From: an uncultured bacterium
GTDB taxonomy: Bacteria; Fidelibacterota; Marinisomatia; Marinisomatales; JACNKV01
NCBI GenBank assembly: GCA_964645915.1
Contig: CAZYDH010000002.1
Span: forward strand, 91,607 to 155,606
DNA: 64,000 nucleotides
Direction: 5' to 3'
A model generated the notes under the pieces. That model was not told where the DNA came from. It was given only the letters and a program-made list of their open reading frames with translations, and searched no databases. Numbering within the stretch: position 1 is the first letter of the stretch; each line of letters opens with the position of its first letter. This document shows, piece by piece, positions 17,791 to 28,276 of this stretch. A program made the position numbers and the translations under genes.

Positions 17791-19686
17791 ATGGGAAAAA
17801 TTATTGGAATTGACTTAGGAACTACAAACTCTTGTGTCGCCGTACTAGAAGGTGGAGAACCTACAGTTATTACTAATCCCGAAGGAGGTAGAACAACACC
17901 ATCCGTTGTTGGTTTTACAAAAAATGAAGAACGTTTAGTTGGTCAGCCTGCTAAAAGACAGGCCGTTACAAATCCACAAAACACAGTATCCTCTATTAAA
18001 AGATTTATGGGAAGGTTGCGTAATGAAGTTGGTAACGAGATCAATGAAGTTCCTTATGAGGTTGGGAAATCAAAAGGTGGTGCAGTCCTTGTAAAAGCGG
18101 GAGGAAAAGAATATACTCCACCGGAGATTGGTGCAATGGTTTTGCAAAAATTAAAACAAACTGCCGAAGAGCATTTAGGAACAACTGTGACAGACGCAGT
18201 GATTACTGTTCCTGCCTATTTTAATGATTCACAGCGTCAGGCTACAAAAGACGCAGGAAAAATCGCCGGATTAAATGTTCGTCGAATTATCAATGAACCA
18301 ACAGCTGCATCGCTTGCATATGGTATGGATAAAAAACACGATGAAAAAATTGCTGTGTTTGATTTGGGTGGTGGAACTTTTGACATTTCCATTCTTGAAT
18401 TAGGTGATGGTGTCTTTGAAGTGAAATCAACTAATGGTGATACACATCTTGGTGGTGACGATTTCGATCAAAAAGTTATTGATTGGATTGCGGCTGAGTT
18501 CCTAAAAAGTGATGGCGTAGACCTAAAAAAAGACCCGATGGCATTGCAACGGTTGAAAGATGCGGCAGAATCTGCAAAACAAGAATTATCCAGTTCCAAA
18601 CAAACGGATATAAATTTACCGTTTATTACAGCTGATGCTTCTGGTCCTAAACACTTAAATCTCACGTTAAGTCGAGCTAAATTTGAAGAATTGGTAAGCG
18701 ATCTGATTAACCGAGTTGTTGATCCGTGTAAAAAAGCAATTAAAGATGCTGGTTTATCCGCTTCTGAAATTAATGAAGTGATCTTGGTTGGAGGATCAAC
18801 AAGGATTCCAGCAATTCAAGACAAAGTTAAATCTATTTTTGGAAAAGAACCGAATCGAAGTGTTAACCCGGACGAAGTTGTTGCGGTTGGTGCAGCAATT
18901 CAAGGTGGAGTTTTAGCAGGTGAAGTTGATGATATCCTCTTATTGGATGTAACTCCTTTATCTCTTGGAATTGAGACACTCGGAAATGTTAGTACAAAAT
19001 TGATTGAAAGGAACACAACGGTTCCAACGCGTAAATCTCAGGTTTTCAGTACAGCTGCAGATAACCAGACTACGGTTGAGATACATGTATTACAAGGTGA
19101 ACGCGAAATGGCAATGGATAATAAAACCATAGGACGTTTTCATTTGGACGGTATTCCTCCTGCACCTAGAGGTATCCCTCAGGTTGAGGTTACATTTGAT
19201 ATCGATGCAAATGGTATCTTAAACGTAAGCGCAAAAGATAAAGCAACTGGAAAAGAACAAAGTATCCGTATTGAAGCTTCCACTGGATTGTCAGATCAAG
19301 AAGTTGAAAAAATGGTCAACGACGCCAAGAAACATGAATCTGAAGATAAAGAAAAACGGCAAGCAGTAGAGGTGAGAAACCAAGCGGAACATTTAGTTTA
19401 TCAAACAGAAAAAAATCTGAAAGAGAATGATGATAAACTCTCAGATGAAGATAAAGCACCAATTAACAGTGCGGTTGAAAAATTGAAAAAATCGCTCGAG
19501 GGCACAAATGTCGAGGAAATTCAAACAAATATGGACGCATTGAATGCTGCTTGGAATGCTGTTGCTTCAAAAATGTACGAGTCTGCAAAAACAGAAGGTG
19601 AACCTCAACAATCTTCTGAACCGAAATCTACTTCTAAAAAAGATGGTGATGAAATAGAAGATGCTGATTTTGAAGTAGTTGACTAA
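17791..19686 (+). CDS. dnaK: Molecular chaperone DnaK (Hsp70)
   Basis: The canonical start is [14 protein letters not shown], preceded by AAAGGAGAG. Hsp70 signatures occur throughout ([19 protein letters not shown]). The ORF-track TTG start at 17755 is an upstream extension. Confidence 0.97.
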   Translation: MGKIIGIDLGTTNSCVAVLEGGEPTVITNPEGGRTTPSVVGFTKNEERLVGQPAKRQAVTNPQNTVSSIKRFMGRLRNEVGNEINEVPYEVGKSKGGAVLVKAGGKEYTPPEIGAMVLQKLKQTAEEHLGTTVTDAVITVPAYFNDSQRQATKDAGKIAGLNVRRIINEPTAASLAYGMDKKHDEKIAVFDLGGGTFDISILELGDGVFEVKSTNGDTHLGGDDFDQKVIDWIAAEFLKSDGVDLKKDPMALQRLKDAAESAKQELSSSKQTDINLPFITADASGPKHLNLTLSRAKFEELVSDLINRVVDPCKKAIKDAGLSASEINEVILVGGSTRIPAIQDKVKSIFGKEPNRSVNPDEVVAVGAAIQGGVLAGEVDDILLLDVTPLSLGIETLGNVSTKLIERNTTVPTRKSQVFSTAADNQTTVEIHVLQGEREMAMDNKTIGRFHLDGIPPAPRGIPQVEVTFDIDANGILNVSAKDKATGKEQSIRIEASTGLSDQEVEKMVNDAKKHESEDKEKRQAVEVRNQAEHLVYQTEKNLKENDDKLSDEDKAPINSAVEKLKKSLEGTNVEEIQTNMDALNAAWNAVASKMYESAKTEGEPQQSSEPKSTSKKDGDEIEDADFEVVD

Positions 19687-19700
19687 AAACCGAATTGAAA

Positions 19701-19733
19701 CCAAAAAAAGCGTTCTATGAACGCTTTTTTTGG
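19701..19733 (+). terminator. Rho-independent terminator after dnaK
   Basis: The palindromic hairpin ccaaaaaaagcgttc-tat-gaacgctttttttgg has a T-run and lies 15 nt after the dnaK stop. Confidence 0.8.
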
Positions 19734-19786
19734 TTTTGGGACTCACTACATGTAAGTTCTATGCATTATTGATCATTGTTTTTGGC

Positions 19787-22700
19787 ATGAAACGTATAAT
19801 TAAAGTCTGTTTGACCGTAATTCTCCTTCTCATTGTTGGGGGAGTAATGCTAATGAATTCTTCCATTTGGAAAGAGAAGATAGAAATACATATAAATGAT
19901 CATGTATTGAACAAAAGCGAATGGCAAATATCTATTGGTCAATTAAGTGGTCATTTTCTATATAATGTAACTGCCACGGATGTCATCTTAAAACAAGATG
20001 ATAAGGTTGAAGTATTCCTTCCTTTTATTGACATTGATTTGGGTATTTGGTCCACTTTAATTGGAGATCCAAAATTAGAATCTATAAAGATCCAAGATTA
20101 CGAGATCATTGTAAACGAAGTTAAAAATGTTAACCCAAAGGTAGAACAAAAAAATAAATTCGATTTTCCGATTCAAATAGAGCAAATAAATCTTTCGGGG
20201 AGCATCTCTCTTCCTATTGGTGATTCTATTCATATTGCTCATACAAACTTTATCGGATCAATTGAAAAGAATGATCGAGAGTTAAAACTAAAGATTTCAG
20301 ATTTGAATATTGTCGATGCAGATTCATTGGTCTCACTACAAATTAACAAGACTAATATTTTCATCGATTCAACATCAGTGAGAACGGTCTCACTTCATGG
20401 AAACTTCACGAATGTCCCTTTTAAAGGAGAGCTGATTTATACGTATGCTGATGAAAAACAATTATCCGGAGATTTCAATTTTACTGAATATGTACTTCCG
20501 GAATATCTTTATGCTAAAATACCTCTAAAACCTAAATTTTCAAACATATCCGGAGATGTTTCAATTGAAACCGATTTTGAATCCTTCAAAGGAAACATAG
20601 ACATAGAAAATGAATTAGGGCTTGATATGGAGGGTGATTTTCTACTCTATATATATAATGACCACTTATTACTTGATCATTTGAGTTTGAAGGATGAGTT
20701 TGAAGAATTAATGATTACAGGTTTGATGGAGTATTCTGGAAGGATTTCCAGCAGAACACAGTTGTCCAGTTTTGATATTAGTCAATGGTTAGTAAATCAG
20801 CGAAAAACAAATTTGAATGGGGTATTATTATTTGACGGGTTTACTGAAAAAGGACAATTATCAGATATCACATTAACCATGGAAGTTTCAGAATCTAAAC
20901 TGTATTCTAAAGATGCGATCTCTTTATCAGGTTCGATTGCCTATTTTGACAGTGCTTTAACTTTCATAGATCCACTGTTTATTGCTATCGGCCCCAGTTC
21001 GATAAATGTTGATGGAAAAGTTGATCTTCAAGAAGATTTCCTCGATTTACAATTAGATCTGAATAATGCAGATGTATTTCTGATCAATAATTTTTGGGCT
21101 GATACATTAGAACAAGGAACTGCAACCGGAGCATTAAATGTTTCCGGAGCTATAAATCAACCGAATATTCGTGGAAATGTCCAGTGTGAAGATATTGTCT
21201 ATAAAGATTTTTATCTTAGTTCTGCTTCTCTCAATTTAAGTGTTGATAATGGGTTTGATGTAAAAGATGGATACGCAATACTCCAGTTTAACGAAGGAGT
21301 CTGGAAACGTGGTGATGATTTATACCAATTGGATAACGGAACAGTAGATGCGGTTTTTTATCCTGATAAAATTGAACTTGAAAATCTCCATATTTTCTCT
21401 GGGGATAATTTTGTTCAGCTTTCAGGAAAGTTAACCAAAGAAAATCAAGTTATAATAGATCGAATACAGTTAATGTATGATAAACATTATTTGATTAACC
21501 CAAAACCAATTTTGATTGATTATAACAAAGATAAAATTTCCGTAAAACCTTTTGTTTTACATGTTGATGATGGAATCGCAGAAGGATACTTTACTAAAGA
21601 GAAAGAAATTGATGCACTCATAAAATTATCAAATATAGACGCCAATATAGTTTCATATGTTACAAAAGATGACAGAATGAAATTAAATGGAACTGCCTTT
21701 GGCGAATGTTCACTTAAAAAAACAAAAAACTCCATGGACATCTCCGTAGATTTGACTGTAAAAGAAGGAGAATTTGCAAACCAACCGTTTGATGATATGG
21801 TTTTGTCCTTTTTTATTCATGACGGTATCCTCAGTATCGAAGAGATCAGTTTAACTAATCGTGGTTTAACGGGAGCACGACTCTCAGGAATGATCCCTTT
21901 GGAACAATCTAAAGTATCTATTCCATTTAATCTGGAATCTTCATTCCATAACTTAAATATTAAAGTATTAACTCAATTTATTCCGGACTGGTTTACCCTT
22001 GGAGGACAGATTTCAGGTGAATACAATTTACATGGAAATGAAACACAAACGAAATTCTACTTCGATGTTGATATAGACGATGCAGTGTTTGATAGAATTC
22101 CATTGGGATTTGTTGAAGGTGAAGGAAATTATGATGGAACCTTTCTAAATTTTACATCTTTTTCATCTGACTTTGGTGAAAAACATTTATCAGGATCAGC
22201 ATCTTTGCCCGTAGACTATAATATTGGTTCTGAACGATTTGGTCGAGCAAACCTGAAGAATCCTGTGCAAGTCGATGTTAGAGGGGAAGGTGATAATCTG
22301 TGGTTTATGAGTCCTTATATTTCAATCATAGATTCATTGGATGCAGATTTTGATATTGTATTGCAAATCTATGGAACATGGAAAAATTTAATTCGAGATG
22401 GTTCTGTCATTATAAAGAATGGAACTCTTTATTCAAATTTAATTGAAGATCCTATCAGAAAAATATATGGTGAAGGTACGTGGGAAAATAATCAATTAAC
22501 CATTTCTGAATTTGAAGGGTTGATGAGTTCAAATAAAAAAGACAAGAACAACTTAGAGGTTTCAGGTCAGATAGATATGTCACGCTTTTTTCGACCTAAA
22601 TATGATTTAAATGTTGAGGGCAACAATTTATATTTCTCCGCCATTTCTGAAGATCTGAGTGGAAATGTTGATGCTGATCTGACAATCACCGGGAGAGATA

Positions 22701-23551
22701 CAATTACCATTGAAGGCAATCTACCTATTATCAATGTAGAAATGTACAAAGAATTTATTGAATCATCTGTTGGAGGAACGTCAAAATCTGATAATGCAAT
22801 TGTTATGGATTATCAGGTTAAATTTCCACTGGATGGAGACTTTACTCTATTGAACAATCAGATTGATGCAACTTTTGGTGGTGAAATCAGTATCTCTCAG
22901 ACAGGTAATGCACCTGCTGATTTTTTGGGAGAAGCTTTTACAAAGGAAGGTAAGTTCTATTATTCGAGTAATATATTCAACATCACGCAGGGATTTTTGT
23001 CTTTTGGAGGAAAAGGATTTAATCCGTATTTAGATATTTCGGCCTATACAAATATTGATGATGAACGAATTGAGATTTCATTTATTGGTCCTTTAGATAA
23101 TCCAAAACTAATTCTTGTTTCTGAAAGTGGTTTTTCTCAAAGTGATATTTTAGAGTTATTGACATGGGGAAAACGATTTGAAGATCAAGAATTTTCATCT
23201 ACGGGTTTTGGCACTCAAGCAGTCGCTAAAATTGAAAGTTGGATTGAACAGCAATTAAACAGAAAGTTGTTACAAATTAGCGGACTGGACAACCTTGAGA
23301 TTTTGGACGACATCAGCATTGCTGGAGCCGGGAACTTAATTAATCCGTCGAACGGAGAAGAGTTCACTATTAAAGCCGGATTGTCAGATAATGTGTCATT
23401 AAATTATGCGTATAAGAGATCATTTTCCCTAACCAATCCGAGTCATGCGGTTGGGATGGAATATAAAGTGAATCGATATTTTTCTATCATCGGAAACATT
23501 GATGAGCATGGAAATGTTCATGCTAAGTATCGACTTCGGTATGCCTATTGA
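19787..23551 (+). CDS. TamB-like translocation and assembly module protein (AsmA-like, DUF490 C-terminus)
   Basis: This is a 1254-aa protein with a single N-terminal TM anchor (MKRIIKVCLTVILLLIVGGVMLM). It has a long repetitive beta-rich body and a C-terminal DUF490-like region (GKFYYSSNIFNITQGFLSFGG...PYLDISAYT). A TamA/BamA-family gene follows. The start was moved to ATG 19787 because the ORF-track start lies inside the dnaK terminator. Confidence 0.7.
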   Translation: MKRIIKVCLTVILLLIVGGVMLMNSSIWKEKIEIHINDHVLNKSEWQISIGQLSGHFLYNVTATDVILKQDDKVEVFLPFIDIDLGIWSTLIGDPKLESIKIQDYEIIVNEVKNVNPKVEQKNKFDFPIQIEQINLSGSISLPIGDSIHIAHTNFIGSIEKNDRELKLKISDLNIVDADSLVSLQINKTNIFIDSTSVRTVSLHGNFTNVPFKGELIYTYADEKQLSGDFNFTEYVLPEYLYAKIPLKPKFSNISGDVSIETDFESFKGNIDIENELGLDMEGDFLLYIYNDHLLLDHLSLKDEFEELMITGLMEYSGRISSRTQLSSFDISQWLVNQRKTNLNGVLLFDGFTEKGQLSDITLTMEVSESKLYSKDAISLSGSIAYFDSALTFIDPLFIAIGPSSINVDGKVDLQEDFLDLQLDLNNADVFLINNFWADTLEQGTATGALNVSGAINQPNIRGNVQCEDIVYKDFYLSSASLNLSVDNGFDVKDGYAILQFNEGVWKRGDDLYQLDNGTVDAVFYPDKIELENLHIFSGDNFVQLSGKLTKENQVIIDRIQLMYDKHYLINPKPILIDYNKDKISVKPFVLHVDDGIAEGYFTKEKEIDALIKLSNIDANIVSYVTKDDRMKLNGTAFGECSLKKTKNSMDISVDLTVKEGEFANQPFDDMVLSFFIHDGILSIEEISLTNRGLTGARLSGMIPLEQSKVSIPFNLESSFHNLNIKVLTQFIPDWFTLGGQISGEYNLHGNETQTKFYFDVDIDDAVFDRIPLGFVEGEGNYDGTFLNFTSFSSDFGEKHLSGSASLPVDYNIGSERFGRANLKNPVQVDVRGEGDNLWFMSPYISIIDSLDADFDIVLQIYGTWKNLIRDGSVIIKNGTLYSNLIEDPIRKIYGEGTWENNQLTISEFEGLMSSNKKDKNNLEVSGQIDMSRFFRPKYDLNVEGNNLYFSAISEDLSGNVDADLTITGRDTITIEGNLPIINVEMYKEFIESSVGGTSKSDNAIVMDYQVKFPLDGDFTLLNNQIDATFGGEISISQTGNAPADFLGEAFTKEGKFYYSSNIFNITQGFLSFGGKGFNPYLDISAYTNIDDERIEISFIGPLDNPKLILVSESGFSQSDILELLTWGKRFEDQEFSSTGFGTQAVAKIESWIEQQLNRKLLQISGLDNLEILDDISIAGAGNLINPSNGEEFTIKAGLSDNVSLNYAYKRSFSLTNPSHAVGMEYKVNRYFSIIGNIDEHGNVHAKYRLRYAY

Positions 23552-23651
23552 TTGTCTGCTAATCGAAAATATTTAGTTTATATACCATTTCGATTTTATT
23601 GTTTCCTCTGTGTACTTTTCTTAGCTTATTAGATACTATAATCACGAGATA

Positions 23652-25448
23652 ATGCAAAAACGACTTATCGCTATTTTAGCGCTCCCCATCCTTTTACTGG
23701 CCCTCCCCGGTAAAAAACTCTACGTTGAATCCATACATATTTACGGAGAAAAAACTATCTCCGAGAGAAATATTTTATCAACTCTCAGGACAAAAAACCC
23801 CAGTCTGTTTTCAAGAAAAATAGAGTTTGATCACAGAAAGTTCCGATTGGACGCAATTAGTGTTAAGAATCTCTATATATCAAAAGGCTACCTAAATGTC
23901 ACAGTAAAAGATTCAATTTCTAAGAAAAACGATAGAGTTGAAATATTTCTATTGATAAATGAAGGAAATCAATTTTTTGTCAGAGATGTTCAGATTTTAG
24001 GAAATGTACAGGTAAAGCAAAAAACAATCCAATCTATTTTAGGGGTCCACGCCAATAAACCGTACGACCCCGTAACGGCGAATATGAATCTTCCAAAACT
24101 TCAGGCTGAATATCACCGGCATGGGAAATTATTTTCATCATTTCAAATATTAGATGCTATAAATGATTCAGTTGAGGTTTTGATTAAAATTCATGAAGGT
24201 CCTAATGTATTTATTCAAGATTATACTATTGATGGAACCGCTGATCTGGGAACCGATATTGTTGAACGTGAGATCATGTTCAACAGTGGTGACCTTTACA
24301 ATAAAGATGATATGGACTTAACTCAGCGATATTTACTGGAAAATGGTGTTTTTTCTTACGCCAGTTTGACTCCGGTTCCTGTAAGTCACAATGATTCATC
24401 GGTGACAATCAATATTGAAGTACATTTATTTAAACCGAGTGAATTTATATCAGAGGGCGGTTATTATCCGATCGAGTATTATGAAGGGGCAGAACCGTTA
24501 CCGGGTTTTGGTATTGAGTTGGGATGGAAAAACCGAAGTTTATTAAAAACTACAACCAGTTTTTCCACAAAGATGAAAGCATATGGTATTCCAGCTGAAG
24601 ATTATATTTATCCGAAAATGGAAGCGCAGATGGGGTTTGCAAATCAATGGTTTTTAAAACATCGGTTACCCACTCAGTTTTCTGTTTTTTATGAGACTTT
24701 TAAACATTATGTGCAAAAAGATGATCCGAGAGTTATGCGGTTTGGTTTGAATTTTTCAACTATAAAAAAGTTCAATGAACGATCTTATATCGAACTAAGA
24801 ATGCAATGGGAAAAATTTGTCGAACCGGAAGGATTAAGTGAAAACATTCAGCAACGATCAATACAAGTAATTAATAGATTAGATTGGACAGATAATCCAT
24901 TATATCCACAAAAAGGGATTGTTTTGACAGCCGAAGGAAAAAATGTAGGGGGAATTTTAGGTGGAAATCGAAGTTTTATTAAAACAGATATGGGTATTCA
25001 AACGTACATCCCAATATGGAAGGAGATCATTCTAGCCAGTCGAGTAAAATATGGTTTGATCTTTGGATGGGATGAGTCGGATGAGGTGGGTCTTTATGAC
25101 AAATATTATTTAGGTGGAAGTTCAAGTATGCGTGGTTGGGATATGTTACGATTCCGAACAGATGAAGATGGGAATCCCGAAGGGGATGTGCAGAGATTGT
25201 TGACAAATGTAGAGATGAGATTTCCTCTGTTTTGGCTTTTGGGAGGAGAACTATTCGTAGATGGAGGTCAGCTTTCTGATATTAGCACACCGATTTCTGA
25301 TCAAGAATTACAATGGAATGCGGGATTTGGGATTGCTTTAAGAACTCCAATTCTACCATTCCGTGCTGATTTTGCATATCCTTTGGAAAAATCTCCTGAA
25401 GAACTCTCATCCTGGAAAATCCAATTGGGCGTTCAATATATTTTTTAG
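23652..25448 (+). CDS. Omp85-family outer-membrane protein (TamA/BamA-like, about three POTRA domains plus a barrel)
   Basis: A signal peptide is followed by POTRA-like repeats (IHIYGEKTISERNILSTL..., VQILGNVQVKQKTIQSIL..., YTIDGTADLGTDIVEREIMF). The C-terminal Omp85 barrel motif is YYLGGSSSMRGW, and the protein ends in Phe. At 598 aa it fits TamA better than BamA. Confidence 0.75.
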   Translation: MQKRLIAILALPILLLALPGKKLYVESIHIYGEKTISERNILSTLRTKNPSLFSRKIEFDHRKFRLDAISVKNLYISKGYLNVTVKDSISKKNDRVEIFLLINEGNQFFVRDVQILGNVQVKQKTIQSILGVHANKPYDPVTANMNLPKLQAEYHRHGKLFSSFQILDAINDSVEVLIKIHEGPNVFIQDYTIDGTADLGTDIVEREIMFNSGDLYNKDDMDLTQRYLLENGVFSYASLTPVPVSHNDSSVTINIEVHLFKPSEFISEGGYYPIEYYEGAEPLPGFGIELGWKNRSLLKTTTSFSTKMKAYGIPAEDYIYPKMEAQMGFANQWFLKHRLPTQFSVFYETFKHYVQKDDPRVMRFGLNFSTIKKFNERSYIELRMQWEKFVEPEGLSENIQQRSIQVINRLDWTDNPLYPQKGIVLTAEGKNVGGILGGNRSFIKTDMGIQTYIPIWKEIILASRVKYGLIFGWDESDEVGLYDKYYLGGSSSMRGWDMLRFRTDEDGNPEGDVQRLLTNVEMRFPLFWLLGGELFVDGGQLSDISTPISDQELQWNAGFGIALRTPILPFRADFAYPLEKSPEELSSWKIQLGVQYIF

Positions 25449-25588
25449 GAAGGGGAACAAAATACAAATTATTTTGTATTAGCACAGTAAGCAGATTTGA
25501 CAAGAAATAATCCTCGAGTTATTGCTTGGAAGAACTGTTTAGCTTCACATAAATTTCACTACTTTTTTTAATTAACAAAACTGAGATC

Positions 25589-26332
25589 ATGAACAAATAT
25601 TTGATGATAATGATAACTGTTGCACTTGTATTGTCAGGATGCAGTAAATCTCTCGAACAGCAATTTGAATTGGGAGTGGAAAAAACCAATGAAGGTAACT
25701 ATTCCGAAGCTATTCAGATATTTTCTAGAATTGTCGAGGAAGATAAAGATCTTTTATTAGACCCAATCGCCGCACAAGCCAATTATCAATTAGCACAAGT
25801 GCATTTGAATTTTCTGAATGAATATTCCGCTGGTTATAAAGAACTGCAGAAAGTTGCTTATAACTATGAGCATACAGAATTTGGGGAAAAAGCCAAACTT
25901 GAAATTTATAATTTCCCTCAATGGCTTATGAATAAAGCAGAAGTTGAACGTGATGGAAAAAATATGAAAGAAGCTATTCATATCCTTCAGATTTTAACTG
26001 AGCATTTTTCATCCAGTGACTTGGCTCCAAAGGCCCAATATCTTATTGGAGATATTTACAATAATGATTTAAGTGTTTTTGAAATGGCAATACAAGCATA
26101 TAGACTGGTGATTGTGAATTTCCCCGGTTCATCTCAAGAACCACATGCACAGTTTATGATCGCCTATATTTATGCAAATTATTTAAATCAATTCGAAAGC
26201 GCACGGAAAGAATATCAAGTATTTTTAGATACGTATCCTAAACATGAATTAACCCCGTCTGTAAGATTTGAAATGGAATTTTTAGGTAGAGATATTAACG
26301 AAATACCTACTCTTAAAAGGATAGCTTCATAA
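25589..26332 (+). CDS. TPR-repeat lipoprotein (BamD/YbgF-like)
   Basis: The lipobox is LVLSGCSKS. TPR-like helical repeats are present (NYSEAIQIFSRIVEED..., APKAQYLIGDIY..., EPHAQFMIAYIY...). Confidence 0.5.
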   Translation: MNKYLMIMITVALVLSGCSKSLEQQFELGVEKTNEGNYSEAIQIFSRIVEEDKDLLLDPIAAQANYQLAQVHLNFLNEYSAGYKELQKVAYNYEHTEFGEKAKLEIYNFPQWLMNKAEVERDGKNMKEAIHILQILTEHFSSSDLAPKAQYLIGDIYNNDLSVFEMAIQAYRLVIVNFPGSSQEPHAQFMIAYIYANYLNQFESARKEYQVFLDTYPKHELTPSVRFEMEFLGRDINEIPTLKRIAS

Positions 26333-26336
26333 AAAA

Positions 26337-27332
26337 ATGACTGACTTTAGTATTACCGAAATAAATAATCGTATTGCCAAGGATTCATTATTTCTTGATG
26401 ACCTTAAAAAAGGAATCAAGGAAATAATTGTTGGCCAAGAAGAACTCATCGATAAAATTCTCATTAGTCTATTAGCAAATGGACATATTTTGTTAGAAGG
26501 CGTCCCTGGATTAGCCAAAACTCTGACGATAAAAACAATTGCACAATTGATTCATACTAAATTCCAGAGAGTCCAATTTACGCCTGATATGCTCCCTGCG
26601 GATTTATTAGGAACATTAATCTATAATCAAAAAACCGGAAGTTTTGAAACACGAAAAGGTCCGATATTTGCAAATGTCATTCTTGCAGACGAAATAAACC
26701 GTGCACCATCAAAAGTCCAAAGCGCTTTGTTAGAGGTTATGCAGGAAAGACAAATAACGATTGGTGAAGATTCATTTACTTTAGATCCTCCTTTTCTTGT
26801 TTTTGCAACACAGAATCCTATCGAGCAAGAAGGAACCTATCCATTACCAGAAGCTCAAATAGACCGGTTCATGTTCAAATTGAAAGTAGATTATCCGACC
26901 AAAGAGGAAGAAAAGAAAATTTTAAAACGTGCTGTTTGGACAGAATCCTATGGAGAGGTAAAGCCAATTATCGAACCCGAAGTAATAATTCATGCTCAGA
27001 AAACGGTTCATGATATTTACGTAGATGAGAAAGTTGAAGAGTATATTTTAAATCTTGTGTTTGCAACACGAAATCCGAAAGAGTACAATTTATCCGATTT
27101 TGATGGATTAATTGAATTTGGTGCTTCTCCACGTGCAAGTATAAATCTGATTTTAGCTTCAAAAGCACGAGCATTTCTGCAGGGCAGAGGATACGTGACA
27201 CCGGAAGACGTCCGATATGTTGGAGCGGATGTATTTAGACACCGAATCATACTAACCTATGAAGCAGAAGCTGAAGAGTTAACTTCCGAGGATATAATTA
27301 CTCGCTTATTTGACACGGTTGAAATTCCCTGA
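26337..27332 (+). CDS. MoxR-family AAA+ ATPase
   Basis: Walker A is a GVPGLAKT variant and Walker B is ILADEINRA. The MoxR-typical tail is ASPRASINLILASKARAFLQGRGYVTPEDV. Confidence 0.9.
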   Translation: MTDFSITEINNRIAKDSLFLDDLKKGIKEIIVGQEELIDKILISLLANGHILLEGVPGLAKTLTIKTIAQLIHTKFQRVQFTPDMLPADLLGTLIYNQKTGSFETRKGPIFANVILADEINRAPSKVQSALLEVMQERQITIGEDSFTLDPPFLVFATQNPIEQEGTYPLPEAQIDRFMFKLKVDYPTKEEEKKILKRAVWTESYGEVKPIIEPEVIIHAQKTVHDIYVDEKVEEYILNLVFATRNPKEYNLSDFDGLIEFGASPRASINLILASKARAFLQGRGYVTPEDVRYVGADVFRHRIILTYEAEAEELTSEDIITRLFDTVEIP

Positions 27333-27396
27333 TCCTTCTCCCTAATAAAATATGATTTTGAACCGGTATGGTTTTATGCGGTTCATCAGTTGATTT

Positions 27397-28272
27397 ATGA
27401 TCCCAAAAGAAATCTTAAAGAAAGTTAAACAGATAGAGATTCGTACACGTGGATTGGTCAATGATCTATTCGGTGGGGAGTATCATTCTGTATTTAAAGG
27501 TCGCGGAATGACTTTCTCAGAAGTTCGTGAGTATCAACAGGGAGATGATATTCGCTTAATTGACTGGAATGTAACAGCTAGAAATGGATCTCCTTTTATT
27601 AAAGTGTTTGAAGAGGAAAGGGAGTTAACTGTATATCTCGTCATTGATGTCAGTCGATCCGGTCATTTTGGATCCATTGAAAAATTCAAGACTGAAATTG
27701 GAGTGGAAATTGCATCCGTATTAGGTTTTTCGGCGATAAAAAACAACGATAAGGTCGGTGTGATATTATTTAGCGAAGATGTCGAAAAGTATATTGCGCC
27801 CAAAAAAGGAAAATCTCATGTGCTTCGTGTCGTTAGAGAGCTATTATATTATAAACCTCAAGGACAAGGGACGTCCATTAAAAATGCATTGGAGTTTTTA
27901 TTAAAAGTAACGAAACGACGAAGTGTTGTATTCCTAATCTCTGATTTCATAGATCAGGATTATTGGAAAACACTTCGTATCGTCAATCGCAAACATGATC
28001 TAATAGGAATTCAACTATATGATCCGGCAGAGATGACTGTTCCAAATATGGGATTAATCAAAATTCATGATCCCGAAACAGAAGAAGAATTTTGGATAGA
28101 TACTAACTCCTCAAATGATAGAAAAGCATATGAAAGTCAAATGAACCTTAATGCTACTCAATTGAAAAAGAAATGTGAAAAAATACGATTTGATCTTATC
28201 CCTATATCAGCAAAAGATGATTATGTTGAACCTCTTATGAGATATTTTAAAACGCGTGAAAAACGATATTAA
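27397..28272 (+). CDS. DUF58 (vWA-like) protein, the usual MoxR partner
   Basis: The conserved DUF58 core is GEYHSVFKGRGMTFSEVREYQQGDDIRLIDWNVTAR. It lies directly downstream of moxR. Confidence 0.8.
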   Translation: MIPKEILKKVKQIEIRTRGLVNDLFGGEYHSVFKGRGMTFSEVREYQQGDDIRLIDWNVTARNGSPFIKVFEEERELTVYLVIDVSRSGHFGSIEKFKTEIGVEIASVLGFSAIKNNDKVGVILFSEDVEKYIAPKKGKSHVLRVVRELLYYKPQGQGTSIKNALEFLLKVTKRRSVVFLISDFIDQDYWKTLRIVNRKHDLIGIQLYDPAEMTVPNMGLIKIHDPETEEEFWIDTNSSNDRKAYESQMNLNATQLKKKCEKIRFDLIPISAKDDYVEPLMRYFKTREKRY

Positions 28273-28276
28273 ATCG

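Noticed and set aside
25501-25528. A hairpin caagaaataa-tcctcgag-ttattgcttg (10-bp stem, one mismatch), together with ACAAAATA-caaat-TATTTTGT at about 25459-25479, between the tamA-like gene and the TPR lipoprotein gene.
   Set aside because: These are plausibly simple transcript-end structures for the tamB/tamA unit. There is no T-run, no conservation information and no resemblance to a known RNA family, so they are not called as features.
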